From the NCBI RefSeq assembly GCF_006345805.1, contig NC_043017.1:33108001-33172000 (forward strand): a stretch of DNA of 64,000 nt, in the 5' to 3' direction. The notes beneath the pieces were generated by a model, which was not told where the DNA came from, did not search any database, and saw nothing but the letters and a program-made list of their open reading frames with translations. The position numbers and the translations under genes are program-made. Positions 52,110-64,000 of this stretch are shown piece after piece. This DNA comes from Octopus sinensis. Lineage: Eukaryota. How positions within the stretch are numbered: the stretch's first letter is position 1; each line of letters begins with the position of its first letter.

Positions 52110-52218
52110 TTAGGCGTTTTCGCTCAATAAACACTCACAACGCCCGGTCTGGGAATCGAAACCGCGATCCTACGACCGCGAGTCCGCTGCCCTAACCCCT
52201 GCGCCATTGCGCCTCCAC
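52110..52218 (-). mobile_element. tRNA-derived SINE head (family D)
   Basis: Reverse complement GGAGGCGCAATGGCGCAGGGGTTAGGGCAGCGGACTCGCGG...GGTTTCGATTCCC (A and B boxes); no acceptor stem. Confidence 0.7.
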
Positions 52219-52358
52219 AGTATCAGTATTGCTCTCTGTGTGCCTAATAAAGAAACAGCAGTTATAATCTCTACTATTATTATCCCCACTGTCATTATAG
52301 CTATTACAGCTACCACTACCATACAATTATCGTTGATCATTATTACTATTATTATTAA

Positions 52359-52895
52359 GGTGGCGATCAGGCAGAAACGTTAGCACGCCGGGTGAAGTGC
52401 TTAGCGGTATTTCGTCTGCCGTTACGTTCTGAGTTCAAATTCCGCCGAGGTCGACTTTGCCTTTCATCCTTTCGGGGTCGATTAAATAAGTACCAGTTAC
52501 GCACTGGGGTCGATGTAGTCGACTTAATCCGTTTGTCTGTCCTTGTTTGTCAGCTCTGTGTTTAGCCTCTTGTGGGTAGTAAAGAAATAGGTATTTCGTC
52601 TGCCGTTACGTTCTGAATTCAAATTCCGCCGAGGTCGACTTTGCCTTTCATCCTTTCGGGGTCGATTAAATAAGTACCAGTTACGCACTGGGGTCGATGT
52701 AGTCGACTTAATCCGTTTGTCTGTCCTTGTTTGACCTCTCTGTGTTTAGCCCCTTGTGGGTAGTAAAGAAATAGGTATTTCGTCTGCCGTTACGTTCTGA
52801 GTTCAAATTCCGCCGGCGTCGATAAATTAAGTATCAGTTGCGTACTGGGGTCGATCTAATCGACAGGCCCCTTCCATAAAGCTTCGGGCCTTTGC
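52359..52895 (+). mobile_element. SINE-A trimer (a+a+b)
   Basis: Junction AAAGAAATA|GGTATTTCGTCTG occurs twice. Confidence 0.88.
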
Positions 52896-52899
52896 TCTT

Positions 52900-53915
52900 G
52901 TTGATTGTGGGAGAGCAGACAGCATTCTGCTGTCAGAGGTCTCACAGGGTCTCTTTGCTCACATTATAAGCTTTGATAATTGGTTGTTAATTACCGTGGA
53001 AAACATTCAACACATAGGCACCAACCCCAAAATCCTAGCTGTCCACAGCAGAGCAGTTCTTTTTTATTTTTGTGGGGGCGGATTACTCTGCTCTCATGTC
53101 AATTCCGATTTCTCTGACATATTTCTCGAACTTGGTTGTTACTGTTCCGAGTACTCCATACAACTACTGGGATGACAGATACTCTCCTCATAGTCCACAT
53201 TCTTGCCCAATTGTAAATAAACCCAATCTGTTTCTTAAACGACGGACATATTCATACGGCACAGAATGTTTTCACCTCAATAGACGTCATTGATTGGTTG
53301 AAATTGCAGAAATTGAAGAAAAAACATAAATATCTTACAAACTATAGAATTTTCTCAATAAATCCAAGAGAAAAAGATAGTGAAATAATCGCATCAAAGA
53401 GGCAGCAGAAATGGGATCTTTTCGGTTTGAGCGGCAGTTTTTTCTAGCGGTGTCATATGAAATTGTCACCCATAATTATGACTCTAGTATCGTTCTGAGT
53501 TCAAATTCTGCCGAGGTCGACTTTGCCTTTCATCCTTTCGCACTGGGGTCGACATAATCGACTTAATCCGTTTGTCTGTCCTTGTTAGTCCATTCTAATG
53601 AACTTGATAAAGATAGCCAGGAAAGGTGAAGGAATTTGATTTGAAAACCGCATGTTTTCTAGTTCTTTGTCACTTAAGCGTGCATCTTCAGGTATTGTTT
53701 TATCTATAATCTTGGCTTACTTTTTCCCCTCTGTCTACCAGAACAATGTCTGGTCCCTGAGCATCGATTAGGGAGTCACATTGGATTGTAAAGTCTCACA
53801 GTATCTTGTATTCATTATTTTCGGTGATTCCTCGTTTATGTTCGTACCGTTTCCGAGCGCGTTCAGACCGTATTTTTCACATAGTCTCCAGTGAACAAGC
53901 TTAACCATATTATTA
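52900..53915 (-). mobile_element. Dong-like family D 3' fragment (RLE), interrupted at 53208-53655
   Basis: Minus strand with frameshifts: KLVHWRLCEKYGL...NNEYKIL*DFTIQCD...PDIVLVD...IID...PEDARLSDKELE // ARMWTMRRVSVIPVV..VLGTVTTKFEKYVREIGI. Confidence 0.8.
53208..53655. other. Multi-segment templated insertion copied from nearby DNA
   Basis: Inverted copies of 51082-51254, 51342-51459 and 50381-50445, plus a deleted SINE-A body. Confidence 0.8.
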
Positions 53916-53959
53916 TTATAAATGCGGGGATCTGGTTTAAGCGTTAGTATGACGGATAA

Positions 53960-54140
53960 AATGCTGAGCTCTATTTTATCCGTATCTCCGTATTTTGAGT
54001 TCGAATTCTACCGAGATCAACTTTGCCTTTTACCGTTTTGTGGGTCAATAAATTAAGTAGCAGTTCAGCAATAGGATCAGTGTAATCGATTATCCCCCTC
54101 TTTACAAATCTCAGAGTTTTCTGACATTAAAAGAAAGGAT
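53960..54140 (+). mobile_element. Degraded SINE-A 'b' followed by (CTT)n (54160-54290)
   Basis: GAGTTCGAATTC...CTTTGCCTTT central domain. Confidence 0.6.
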
Positions 54141-54919
54141 TATTATTGTTGTTATTGGTCTTCTTCTGCTTCTTCTTCTTCTTCTTCTTCTTCTTCTTCT
54201 TCTTCTTCTTCTTCTTCTTCTTCTTCTTCTTCTTCTTCTTCTTCTTCTTCTTTTCTTCTTCTTCTTCTTTTTCTTCTTCTTCTTCTTCTTCCTCTTTTTC
54301 TTCTCCTCCTTCTACCACTTCTCCTCCGTTTTCTTCTCTCCCCACCTCCTCCTCCTCCTCGTCCTTCCCCTTCCTCTTCCTCCTCCTTCTACTTCTTGCT
54401 TATGTTTTGATAGAATTCAATATATTATTAATATTGTCGTAACTATTATTAACATCAGCCTTATCATTTTACTTTTTACTACTACTACTACAACTACTAC
54501 CACCATCTGAGCTACTGCTGCTGCTACTACAACTTCGTTTTTCTTGTTTTTTCTTTTTCTTCTTATTATGGAAACAGAAAATAGATAATTGGCAAAAGAA
54601 TTCTGCATTTTTTTTTAATATTTCCAGCAAAAAAAAAAAAACATAACAAAGAAAAATAGTAAACAAGTAAAAAAAACACACACACACAAAAAGCAACTAA
54701 TCAGAAAATGTTGTTATTTAAAAATTTTCTTTAGTCTTTGAAAACACTCAAGTGTTTGTGTTTGTATTCTTTCCCCTTCTACCAAAATGACACTTATACT
54801 AAAGAAAGCAAACATTTCTCTTATATTAGTAATATATATTTTTAAGCTGCGCTATAGATACCGCTAATAACTGAGTGATATTTTCTTAAGCACCGATTTA
54901 TTTATTAAGATATGCCCGA

Positions 54920-54963
54920 TATATATATATGTGTATATATATATATATATATATACATTATAC

Positions 54964-54996
<33 letters not shown>

Positions 54997-55320
54997 ATAT
55001 GTATGTATTATATATATATATATATATATTATATATAATATACATATAATAATGTATGTATATATATATATATATATATATATACATAACAGATATATAA
55101 TATGTATGTATATATATATATATATATATATAATATAAATATATATGTAATATATATATATATATATATACATATAAGATATATGTAAAGATATATATAT
55201 ATCATATATATAAATATATATATATATACATATATAGTATATATATATCTATATATATAATATATATTATATATATATTTATATATATATATAAACACAC
55301 ATACACGACATATATAATAT
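54920..55320. repeat. (TA)n microsatellite block
   Basis: Direct reading. Confidence 0.95.
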
Positions 55321-56369
55321 ATAGTATTAAATACAGGCATATGTGTTTGTTTACTTGTACGAGTACTGTGTACGTATGTATGGATAAGGTAGTTGTGTGT
55401 CAGTACCTGTCCGTATATGCGTGTGTTTCGTTGTTTGTGGTGCTTCGATAAGTAGAGAAGGTTCAAATATGTAACTAATATGAAAATGATAACTTGGGTC
55501 AACAAGATCGCCTCAACCAATGAGCGATTTACACAACATGACTGCAGTCCAATGAGTGAAGCGAGCAAAATAATAAAAATGACATAAACATACATATACA
55601 TACATGTGTGTGCGTGTGTGAGTGCGTGTGTATGCATGTGTGTGTGTGTGTGTTTGTGTGTGCCTGTGTGTGTTTGTGTTTGTGTGTGCCTTTGTGTGTG
55701 TGTGTATGCATGTGTGTGTGTGTGTGTGTGTGTGAGTGTGTTATTTAGACGTTATTATTCGAAATTCGCTGTTCTGATTACGAAAACACACACATATTCC
55801 GGCTAGCGCTATTTGTCAGAACCTGATCCGGAACTTTGATTCCAGCGCCACAATTTCACAACGTGGATCTACATGAAACGAAATGGGTTGCAATTAAGTA
55901 CAACCTATCAATCACACGCTGACTCATTATTTTACTCCATATAAGAAGGCCTTGACAGTTATGTAAGAACCCCGTTACGGACGCATGGGCAAACAGCAAC
56001 CCATCACGTCAAACAAATTAAAATAAATACTGACTTAGAGAAAACACTCAGAAAAATAGAGAGAGCTAGAAATGCTAAAATGCCGTTTGCAATAGAATTC
56101 TCCCAGAAAGACCTACTACACTAGCGTCTGAAAACGTAGTCTCTCATTAGTAACCAACGAAGACTTTGCCCCTTCAAAGTTTAGACATAATCCCAAAGTC
56201 TTGAATTCTTGTGCCAAACCATATGGAGCTGCTTTTTCATTCATCGACTCTGATCGAAGAACGCAATATTATTCATAATGGTGCAGATATATGGTGGACA
56301 TTCCACAGAAGCAAATTCTGCTCTATCTTGATTCTGCTACGATCGACTTAGATATTCATTTTTCTTTAA

Positions 56370-56524
56370 TGTATGTCAGTCTTTAGATTGCGGCCATGCT
56401 GGGGCACCGCCTTAAAGAATTATTTAATCGAATGAATCGACCCTAGTAGTTAATTTTCTTAAGCTTGGTACTTATTCTATCGGTTGCTTTTGCGAGCCGC
56501 TAAGTTACGGGGACGTAAACACAC

Positions 56525-56530
<6 letters not shown>
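56370..56530 (-). mobile_element. SINE-B 3' half
   Basis: GCGGCCATGCTGGGGCACC and CTAAGTTACGGGGACGTAAAC in reverse. Confidence 0.8.
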
Positions 56531-56565
<35 letters not shown>

Positions 56566-56592
56566 TTCACACACAAACATACACACACACAA

Positions 56593-56624
<32 letters not shown>

Positions 56625-56629
56625 GGGGG

Positions 56630-56905
56630 TACCTTCGTATTGGAAGTCACTTGACCCTGTTATCTCCCCTACTGTCCCTCTCGCGTCTGACCACTGTCCG
56701 AACTCAGGACGCCATGATGGATCGTTAGCTCCTACACGCATTTTTTCTCTCCTTGTTTCTCTCCTTGTTTTTTTCTGTGTATCTTTCTGTCGAAGAGCGT
56801 AGGCTCGAAACGTAAAAGACTTTTTCTATTCCTGAGCGGCATACTAATACATTTGTTTGTTTGTACTCCACGTGCCTTCGTCTTTTGCTTATTTTCGTAA
56901 CGTAC
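56630..56905 (+). mobile_element. PLE-type terminal fragment with minimal hammerhead-like motif (56782-56819)
   Basis: TCTTT-CTGTCGA-A-GAGC-GTAG-GCTC-GAAAC-GTA-AAAGA. Confidence 0.65.
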
Positions 56906-56910
56906 TTGCC

Positions 56911-56985
<75 letters not shown>

Positions 56986-57104
56986 GGACTGATAGACTTA
57001 GCCTTAAGAAATAGATACTGGGAGTCGATTTATTAGACGAAAATTCTCCAAGGTGGTGCTCCGGTATGGCCGCAGTCTCGTGACTGAAACAAGTAAATGA
57101 TCCG

Positions 57105-57520
57105 GCGTAACTGTGCAGTAAGAAGTTCACTTCCCAACCACATGGTTACGAGTTCAGTCCCACAGCACACCACCTTGGGCAAGTGGCTTCTACTATAGCC
57201 TCGGGCCGACCAAAGTCTCGTGAATGGATTCGGTAGACGGAAACTGAAAGAAGCCCGTCCTATGTATGTGTATGTATGTGTGTGTCTGTGTGTCTGTATG
57301 TCTTTGTGCGTCTTTATGTGTGTATGACTCTCGCTACTTAACAGCCGGTATTGGTGCGTTTCCATCCTCGTAACTTAGCGGCTCAGGAAAAGGGACTGAG
57401 AGAATCAGTACCAAGCTGTAAAAAAAATAAAAACTGGGGTCGATTTACTGGACTAAAATTCACCAAAGTGGTACCCCAGCATGGCCGCAGGCTAATGGCT
57501 GAAACAAATAAAAGAATAAA
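57105..57520 (+). mobile_element. SINE-B, older copy
   Basis: CCTTGGGCAAGTGG CORE-like motif and 3' half. Confidence 0.75.
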
Positions 57521-57600
57521 GGGATAAAAGAATATATGCATTGTAATGTATCGTTGAAAACCATTCTGATATAGCTCATTCTTCCCTGGTAACATGCTGA

Positions 57601-57831
57601 GGCGGTGAGCTGGCAGAAACGTTAGCACACCGGGCGAAACGCTTAGTGGTATTTCATCTGCCGTTACGTTCTGAGTTCAAATTCCGCCGAGGTCCACTTT
57701 GCCTTTCATCCTTTCGGGGTCGATTAAATAAGTACCAGTTAAGCACTGGGGTCGATGTAATCGACTTAATCCGTTTGTCTGTCCTTGTTTGTCCTCTCTG
57801 TGTTTAGCCCCTTGTGGGTAGTAAAGAAATC
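57601..57831 (+). mobile_element. SINE-A ('a' tail) with 13-bp TSD
   Basis: GGTA(A/C)CATGCTGA at 57588-57600 and 57832-57844. Confidence 0.92.
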
Positions 57832-58097
57832 GGTACCATGCTGAAGAATTCTAATAGATGTGAAGCATGTTCGCGGATTTTACTGTGTTAGACTATTCGC
57901 TCTCTCATCGCTTTGCCTATTTCGGATGTCAGTTTACTTGGTTCTCGTATTTGTCGGCTCATTTACTCTACTAAAGAAATAACGTCCAATAATCTGAGCT
58001 GATGCCTTTTGTTTTTATTTGACATCATTAAACGCTTTCATCAATGTTTATACATGCATGGCCCCACTGAATTCAACTTATTCCCTTGCCCACTTAG

Positions 58098-58560
58098 TAT
58101 GAAAATTGAACCGTTATGTAAACCTCCTCAGTGAATGTGAAGACGCAGGCTGGAAAGCGGAACATTTTCCAATCGAAGTCGGATGTAGAGGGTTCGTTGG
58201 ACACAATGTGAGACGACTGTTGTTATCGCTAGGCCTAACCCATCGTAAAGTCAATAACCCCATGACTGATATCCAATCTACAGTGGAGAAGGCTGGCCAC
58301 TGGATTTGGCTAAAAAGAGACGATGAGCGATGGCTAGAAGTATATTGAGCTTAATTTGATAACCAGCTGATCTAGCAAGCGGGGCCTCATATCAGTGAGG
58401 GGGGCCGGTGCGCATTGATGCCGTCGAGAGGTAGGCCCGAAACGGCGCGCGTTCTCTCCTGATGACCCCATACACTTAATGGCTTCCGGTATACGGAGCT
58501 TTTGACTGGAAGCACTTGCATGTGCAAGTCGTTTGCAAGACATCAACCAATGTGACACGT
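58098..58560 (+). mobile_element. 3' fragment of a HERO-like RLE non-LTR retrotransposon
   Basis: RYVNLLSECEDAGWKAEHFPIEVGCRGFV...EKAGHWIWLKR...W (58106-58348) matches the P.EVGCRGF RLE C-terminus; a GC-richer structured 3' UTR follows. The 3' boundary is approximate. Confidence 0.8.
58419..58473 (+). ncRNA. Candidate non-circularly permuted hammerhead ribozyme
   Basis: GCCGT-C-GAGAG ... GAA-ACGGC ... CTCTC-CTGATGA. Stems I and III and all core boxes are present but in A-C-B strand order; stem II is weak. Confidence 0.6.
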
Positions 58561-58999
58561 GTATGAAAACATTTAAATTTAAATTTTCAAGCTAGCAAGC
58601 GTTTATAAATTGATTGCTAGGGAGGTTTGTCCCCGTGCCATGTAGATGTTTACAGTTATACTAGTGAGCTGTTTAAAGGTTTAGCGGCTTTGTGAAAGAC
58701 ACAACAAAGAAAAGCAGAGGCAACTAGTTAGAAGACATGAAGTCTTTGCTTACTACTCCAATATCCAGTCGTATCAGCCATCAACGATATTCTTAGTCTT
58801 ATATTCCAAATAGGAATTTTTTCTGATTTTTTTTTTGTGCATGTTTACATTTTATTTTCTAATTATTCATCCATTCATTTAGTTATTTATGTTGTTCTTG
58901 ATGAGATCAAATGTTATTGTTGCTCACGAAAAGAACAAAATGTCGGGAAGGAATTATATAAACCATGAAATGGAAAACGTATTAGAAATGGAAAGACAT

Positions 59000-59042
59000 G
59001 ATAATAATTTCAACAACAACAACAACAATAATGATGATGATG

Positions 59043-59091
<49 letters not shown>

Positions 59092-59218
59092 TAATAATAA
59101 TAATAATAATAATAATGATAATAATAATAACAATAATAATAATAATAGGGAACTTGAAGATGAGGATGATGATGATTATACTACTACTACTAATAATAAT
59201 TAATAATAATAAATAATA

Positions 59219-59269
<51 letters not shown>

Positions 59270-59403
59270 GAGAAGGAGAAGGGGAAGGAGAAGGAGAAGA
59301 AGAAGAAGGAGGAGGAGGAGAAGAAGAAGAAGAAGAAGAAGAAGAAGAAGAAGAAGAAGAAGAAGAAGAAGAAGAAGAAGAAGAAGAAGAAGAAGAAGAA
59401 GAG
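59000..59403. repeat. (TAA)n then (GAA)n microsatellites
   Basis: Direct reading. Confidence 0.95.
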
Positions 59404-60796
59404 AGTGGAGGTCGGGAAATGATGAAAGAAGTAGTATAATGGTAAACTTCTAAATTAGGCTTTCAGGATTAAGTGAAGTTTATCATGAATTACTTTTTCA
59501 ACCTCCTTGTTTGGAGAAGAGGGCAAAATGTTTTTATCTATCTCTCTACTCTCCTTTAACCCCGTCTCTTTTCCTCCTCATGCTCTTAACCCCTTCCCTC
59601 CCTCTCTCTCTCTCTCGTACTCTTTATCTCTCTCTCTCTCTGCTCTCCCTTCGCCGTCTCGTTCTCTAAGTACCAACATAAAAGATCTTAGAAGATTATG
59701 CTTTGAAAAATTAATAACAAAAGTAAGAGGCTTCTACCAAAGTTGATAAACACTATAATCAGTTGAATATTTTATTTGCCTGCAATAACATTCCATTTCA
59801 TTTCACTGCCAGGTCATTGCTTTCTCAGATCAAAGCAACAAAGGCTGCTACCCGGTATTTATTTCCATTATGGTTCTGATAAATTAGGGAATTCTAAAGT
59901 ATAACTCCTTGTCCTCCTTGAATCGTGTGCATTGGTCCAGAATTATGTTCTTATAGTTTTCTTCAGTAGCTTCCTATATTTTTTTAAACATATGAAAACA
60001 GATCGATACTGCTGTCAGTGAAGTGTTTTGGATGAATATGTCTAAAGACGGGCACCATAGTAAGTATGTCTTTAACTTCTTCGAGGATTGGAGAATGCAG
60101 TTGTGCTTTTTTAATGTCTAATTGCCTTCTTCTTTTGAATCTAATTGTGAGGTGAACTTAAAACTATAGATTAGATTTAGCTTTCCCAACACACAAAGTC
60201 TTGTCCAAGTGAATGGTGAAATTAAATCGTCTATTGGATATCTTCAACAATTGGAATGATGAAATAATGGCATCATAGTAAAATTTAGCGTTTTTCAAAT
60301 CATTTGCAATGTTGGCACACCTAAACCTTACAAGTACATCTGTCATGCTACGCATTGTTAAGTTATCTCCAAGAACTTTATAAGTTACATTTCGAATTAC
60401 CAATTTTCCAAACACAGAGAGAGCACGTCTGAGGTGAATGATACAATAGGTGCCATGAATAGAATGACAGTTTATATTCAGTTATTGCCAAGTGTTGTCT
60501 GTCAATAAGAACTTTTAGTTTTCATACGCAGCAATCCAACAACCTCTAAGTAGAGACACAAAACTAGTATAATTCTCCACAGTGACTGAAGTGTAAAATT
60601 AATTTCTAACACAAGCACGAGTTCTCATATTTTGTGGAAAGGAATGGTCAATTATAAATTATATTGACTGCAGAGTTTCATGGATAATTTAATTTAACAC
60701 AGACCCTAATGAAAAATAATGAAATATTTCGTTGATTGCTGCAACGAATCTGTTTCCTAATTGTAAATTAAAATTCTAAATTTGACATTTGGATAG

Positions 60797-61035
60797 GGTA
60801 AAGACCCCTTTCGGTCATGAATGACCATGGGATTGCACCAAGAAAGATCCTCTCCGAGGCACAAGTCTGGGCAAGCTTGTTTGTAGAAGATCAGCAATAT
60901 ACCATCACCACGCCACTCTTGATGTCCAAAGGAAAGGCAAAGGGCGATACAGCTTGGCACCAGTGACGTCGCAACTCATTTCTACAGCTCAGTGAATTGG
61001 AGTAACGTGAAATAAAGTACCTTGCTCAAGAACAC
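60797..61035 (-). mobile_element. Probable CORE-type SINE (family E), 5'-truncated
   Basis: Reverse complement GTGTTCTTGAGCAAGG is CORE-like; single copy in the window. Confidence 0.45.
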
Positions 61036-61177
61036 ACGATACAATTTTCTTAGCGTGTTATTCCAGGTTTGGTCCTATCTTTGGAGACTTGTACAAATAT
61101 CTTCCACCGTGGCCTTGTGAATGAAATTCGGTATAAGCGTACATCCATACAAATACACATATCTATACATAACTACA

Positions 61178-61590
61178 GGTGCAGGAGTGGCTGTGTGGTA
61201 AGTAGCTTACTTACCAACCACATGGTCCCGGGTTCAGTCCCGCTGCGTGGCACCTTGGGCAAGTGTTTTCTGCTATAGCCCCGGGACGATCAATGCCTTC
61301 TGAGTGGATTTGGTAGACGGAAACTGAAAGAAACCTGTCGTATATATGTATATATATATGTGTGTGTATATGTTTGTGTGTCTGTGTTTGTACCCCTAGC
61401 ATTGCTTGACAACCGATGCTGGTGTGTTTACGTCCCCGTAACTTAGCAGTTCGGTAAAAGAAACCGATAGAATAAGTACTGGGCTTACAAAGAATAAGTC
61501 TCGGGGTCGATTTGCTCGACTAAAGGCGGTGCTCCAGCATGGCCGCAGTCAAATGACTGATACAAGTAAAAGAGTAAAAGAGTAAAGAGT
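61178..61590 (+). mobile_element. SINE-B full length
   Basis: Family consensus match. Confidence 0.88.
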
Positions 61591-62474
61591 GTGTGTATGG
61601 GTGTGTTTATAAAGAATCGTGGGTTAGAAGAATTGTTTGAGCATCTGCAAAAAACTCTTGTAGTATGTCTTCCGTTTCTTTATTTTCTAATTTCAAAACC
61701 CATCGAGATCAAATTTTGCACCTCATACTCCAGGATTGATACATTAAATTATCTGACAAGTCCGGGTGTCGATGATCACAGCTAGCATTCCCCATTCAAA
61801 ATTGCAGACTTTGTGCTTAAAGTAGAAACAATACGCTTGAGTGTATGTAAAAGTGTGCCTAACCTTACCAAATTTATATCGGTGGATGGAATAAACATTC
61901 TTTTATTCTTTTATTTGTTTCAGTCATTTGATTGTGGCCATGCTGGAGCACCGCCTTCAAGGGTTTTAGTCGAACAAATCGACCCCAGGGCAGTCTCTTT
62001 TCGCTCACGCTTTATGAAATAATAGAAAACCAGCGATAGTTTCCTGGAAAGATGCAGCCAAAAACGCTAACTTAAATGTTATGAAAAAACAAACAAACAA
62101 ACAAACAATGGCTGCAGTGTGTATCAGACGAAACTATAATCTTTAAAGTGAAGAGAAATATAATTATATAGATGTTTTCACAAATATTGAGACATTTTAT
62201 TTTCTACTTTGGCGAATGATATCAATATGTGTCCAATCATTATTTTAATTGAAGTATCTTATTTGTTTTATGAAATGACACCTGCTTCTCTCGCCCAATT
62301 GTTTTAATGATTATTGTAGGAAGTAAAGATAATATCATAATTGTAACATCTGAAGTATTTTCATTTATTCTTCATCAGAACCGAAATGTCTTATAATTTT
62401 TGACTATTTCTCTCGTTTTCTCTGTCTTCTCCATCTGTCAAAGAATTATTTTATGTGACTTTACAATCATACAG

Positions 62475-62515
<41 letters not shown>

Positions 62516-62913
62516 TATATATAATAAATATTAGGGAATAAATCCAAATTTACAGGGAAAAAATCAGATTTAGGATTAAATCCAATTTTATAGTAAAATA
62601 TTATAAAATATTATTAGAGACAAAACCACTATTTTGCAAAACAAACAAGGAAAGACTTAATCAACAATACAGTTCGATAGTTTGTAATTTTACCTTGTAA
62701 TTTTGATATTTCATCGACTTTTATTATTTCGCATAACTTGCATTAATTTGTCTCTATATGAAAATAATGATTAAAACATTTCTATGATTATATTTACGTA
62801 TATGTAAAAATCGTATTTTAGCAAAATTTCAATGTATAATATCTCCTCACATGAACTCAGCGTCCTAATAAATTATTGTTTTCGTTTAAATATTTGAAAA
62901 CACGGTCCTTAAC

Positions 62914-63208
62914 TTTATTACTTTTGTTATCTTTGACCGCTGGTTACAAGCATCTTGGCTACGACAGCTAGTCCCTTTTATCTTTCTACTTGAGCACAAG
63001 CACTCACTCACGCACGCACACTCATACACATACACGCACGCACGCGTATGTAGATGTATGTATGTATGAATATAACGCGTGCGTGCGTGTATGTGTATGA
63101 GTGTGCGTGCGTGAGTGAGTGCTTGTGCTCAAGTAGAAAGATAAAAGGGACTAGCTGTCGTAGCCAAGATGCTTGTAACCAGCGGTCAAAGATAACAAAA
63201 GTAATAAA
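62914..63208. repeat. Perfect inverted repeat, 134-bp arms, 27-bp spacer
   Basis: 62914-63047 is the exact reverse complement of 63075-63208. Confidence 0.93.
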
Positions 63209-63294
63209 TGAAGATAATAAAATTAAAATTAGGGAATGGGTTTGTATTTGTATGTATATGTGTGTATGTGTAGGTATGAATAGGTACACATATG

Positions 63295-63345
<51 letters not shown>

Positions 63346-63555
63346 GTATGTGTATATGTATATATGAGTATATAGGGACTTGTGTGTTGTGTGTGCATGT
63401 GTGTATGTGGATTTGTGTGTGTATGTGTGTATGTGTATGTGTGGTCGTGTGTGTGTATATATACATGTGTGTGTGTATATGTATGTGCATGTATATGTGT
63501 GTGTATGTATATATATGTATATATATATATATGTGGATATATGTATGTATATGTA

Positions 63556-63586
<31 letters not shown>

Positions 63587-64000
63587 GGGTGTGCGTGTAT
63601 GTATGTGTGTATGTATATGTGTGTGTGTATATATGTATACATATGTATATAGGTATAAGTGAGAATTTCCTTATTTACCTAAAACTCTATTCTTCTATAT
63701 ATTTTTTTATTCTCTTTTTTTATTCTTTTATTTATTCTTCTATCTAATTTACCACTGACTCCTTGACCACTCCCCCAAGTATGATTTTTTTGCGCTATGC
63801 CTACCCCCAAAAAGTCCCCCACCACCACCCCTTTAAACCTGCCTAAATGTATAAATGCCAATACAATTCTTGTTAACTAGCTTCCTGAAGATTTCTCTTG
63901 AATGAAACAGTTCTAGTCCTGTAGAAGCTCCTTCTATATAATAAATTAATTTTACTCTGCTATGTATTGAGTACCTTATTTACTGTGGTTAACCCCGAAT

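Noticed and set aside
52110-52218. Possible tRNA gene
   Set aside because: Has A and B boxes but no acceptor stem or cloverleaf, and continues into SINE body sequence.

Overview
AT-rich eukaryotic genomic DNA with very dense microsatellites. The SINE repertoire and repeat density look like a coleoid cephalopod (Octopus-like); this is an inference. I could not support any host protein-coding gene. The window is almost entirely mobile-element DNA. It holds (i) at least four families of RLE-type non-LTR retrotransposons of the R4/Dong kind sitting in (TAA)n tracts, including a near full-length copy heading a 9-kb tandem array, (ii) a HERO-like RLE 3' fragment, (iii) Penelope-like (PLE) RT and terminal fragments, (iv) dozens of tRNA-derived SINE copies from several families, and (v) Helitrons, a TIR element and foldbacks. 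The most notable signals are these. There are several hammerhead-ribozyme (HHR) motifs: one type I motif with a fully canonical core at 17453-17536(-), and one with non-circularly permuted strand order in the HERO-like 3' UTR at 58419-58473. One SINE subfamily has target-site duplications that all begin with GGT. A 2.16-kb composite Helitron splits a Dong ORF exactly in frame. There is also a multi-segment templated insertion and a perfect 134-bp-arm palindrome. Repeat-copy boundaries were set by eye and are approximate to about 10 bp unless a junction is quoted.
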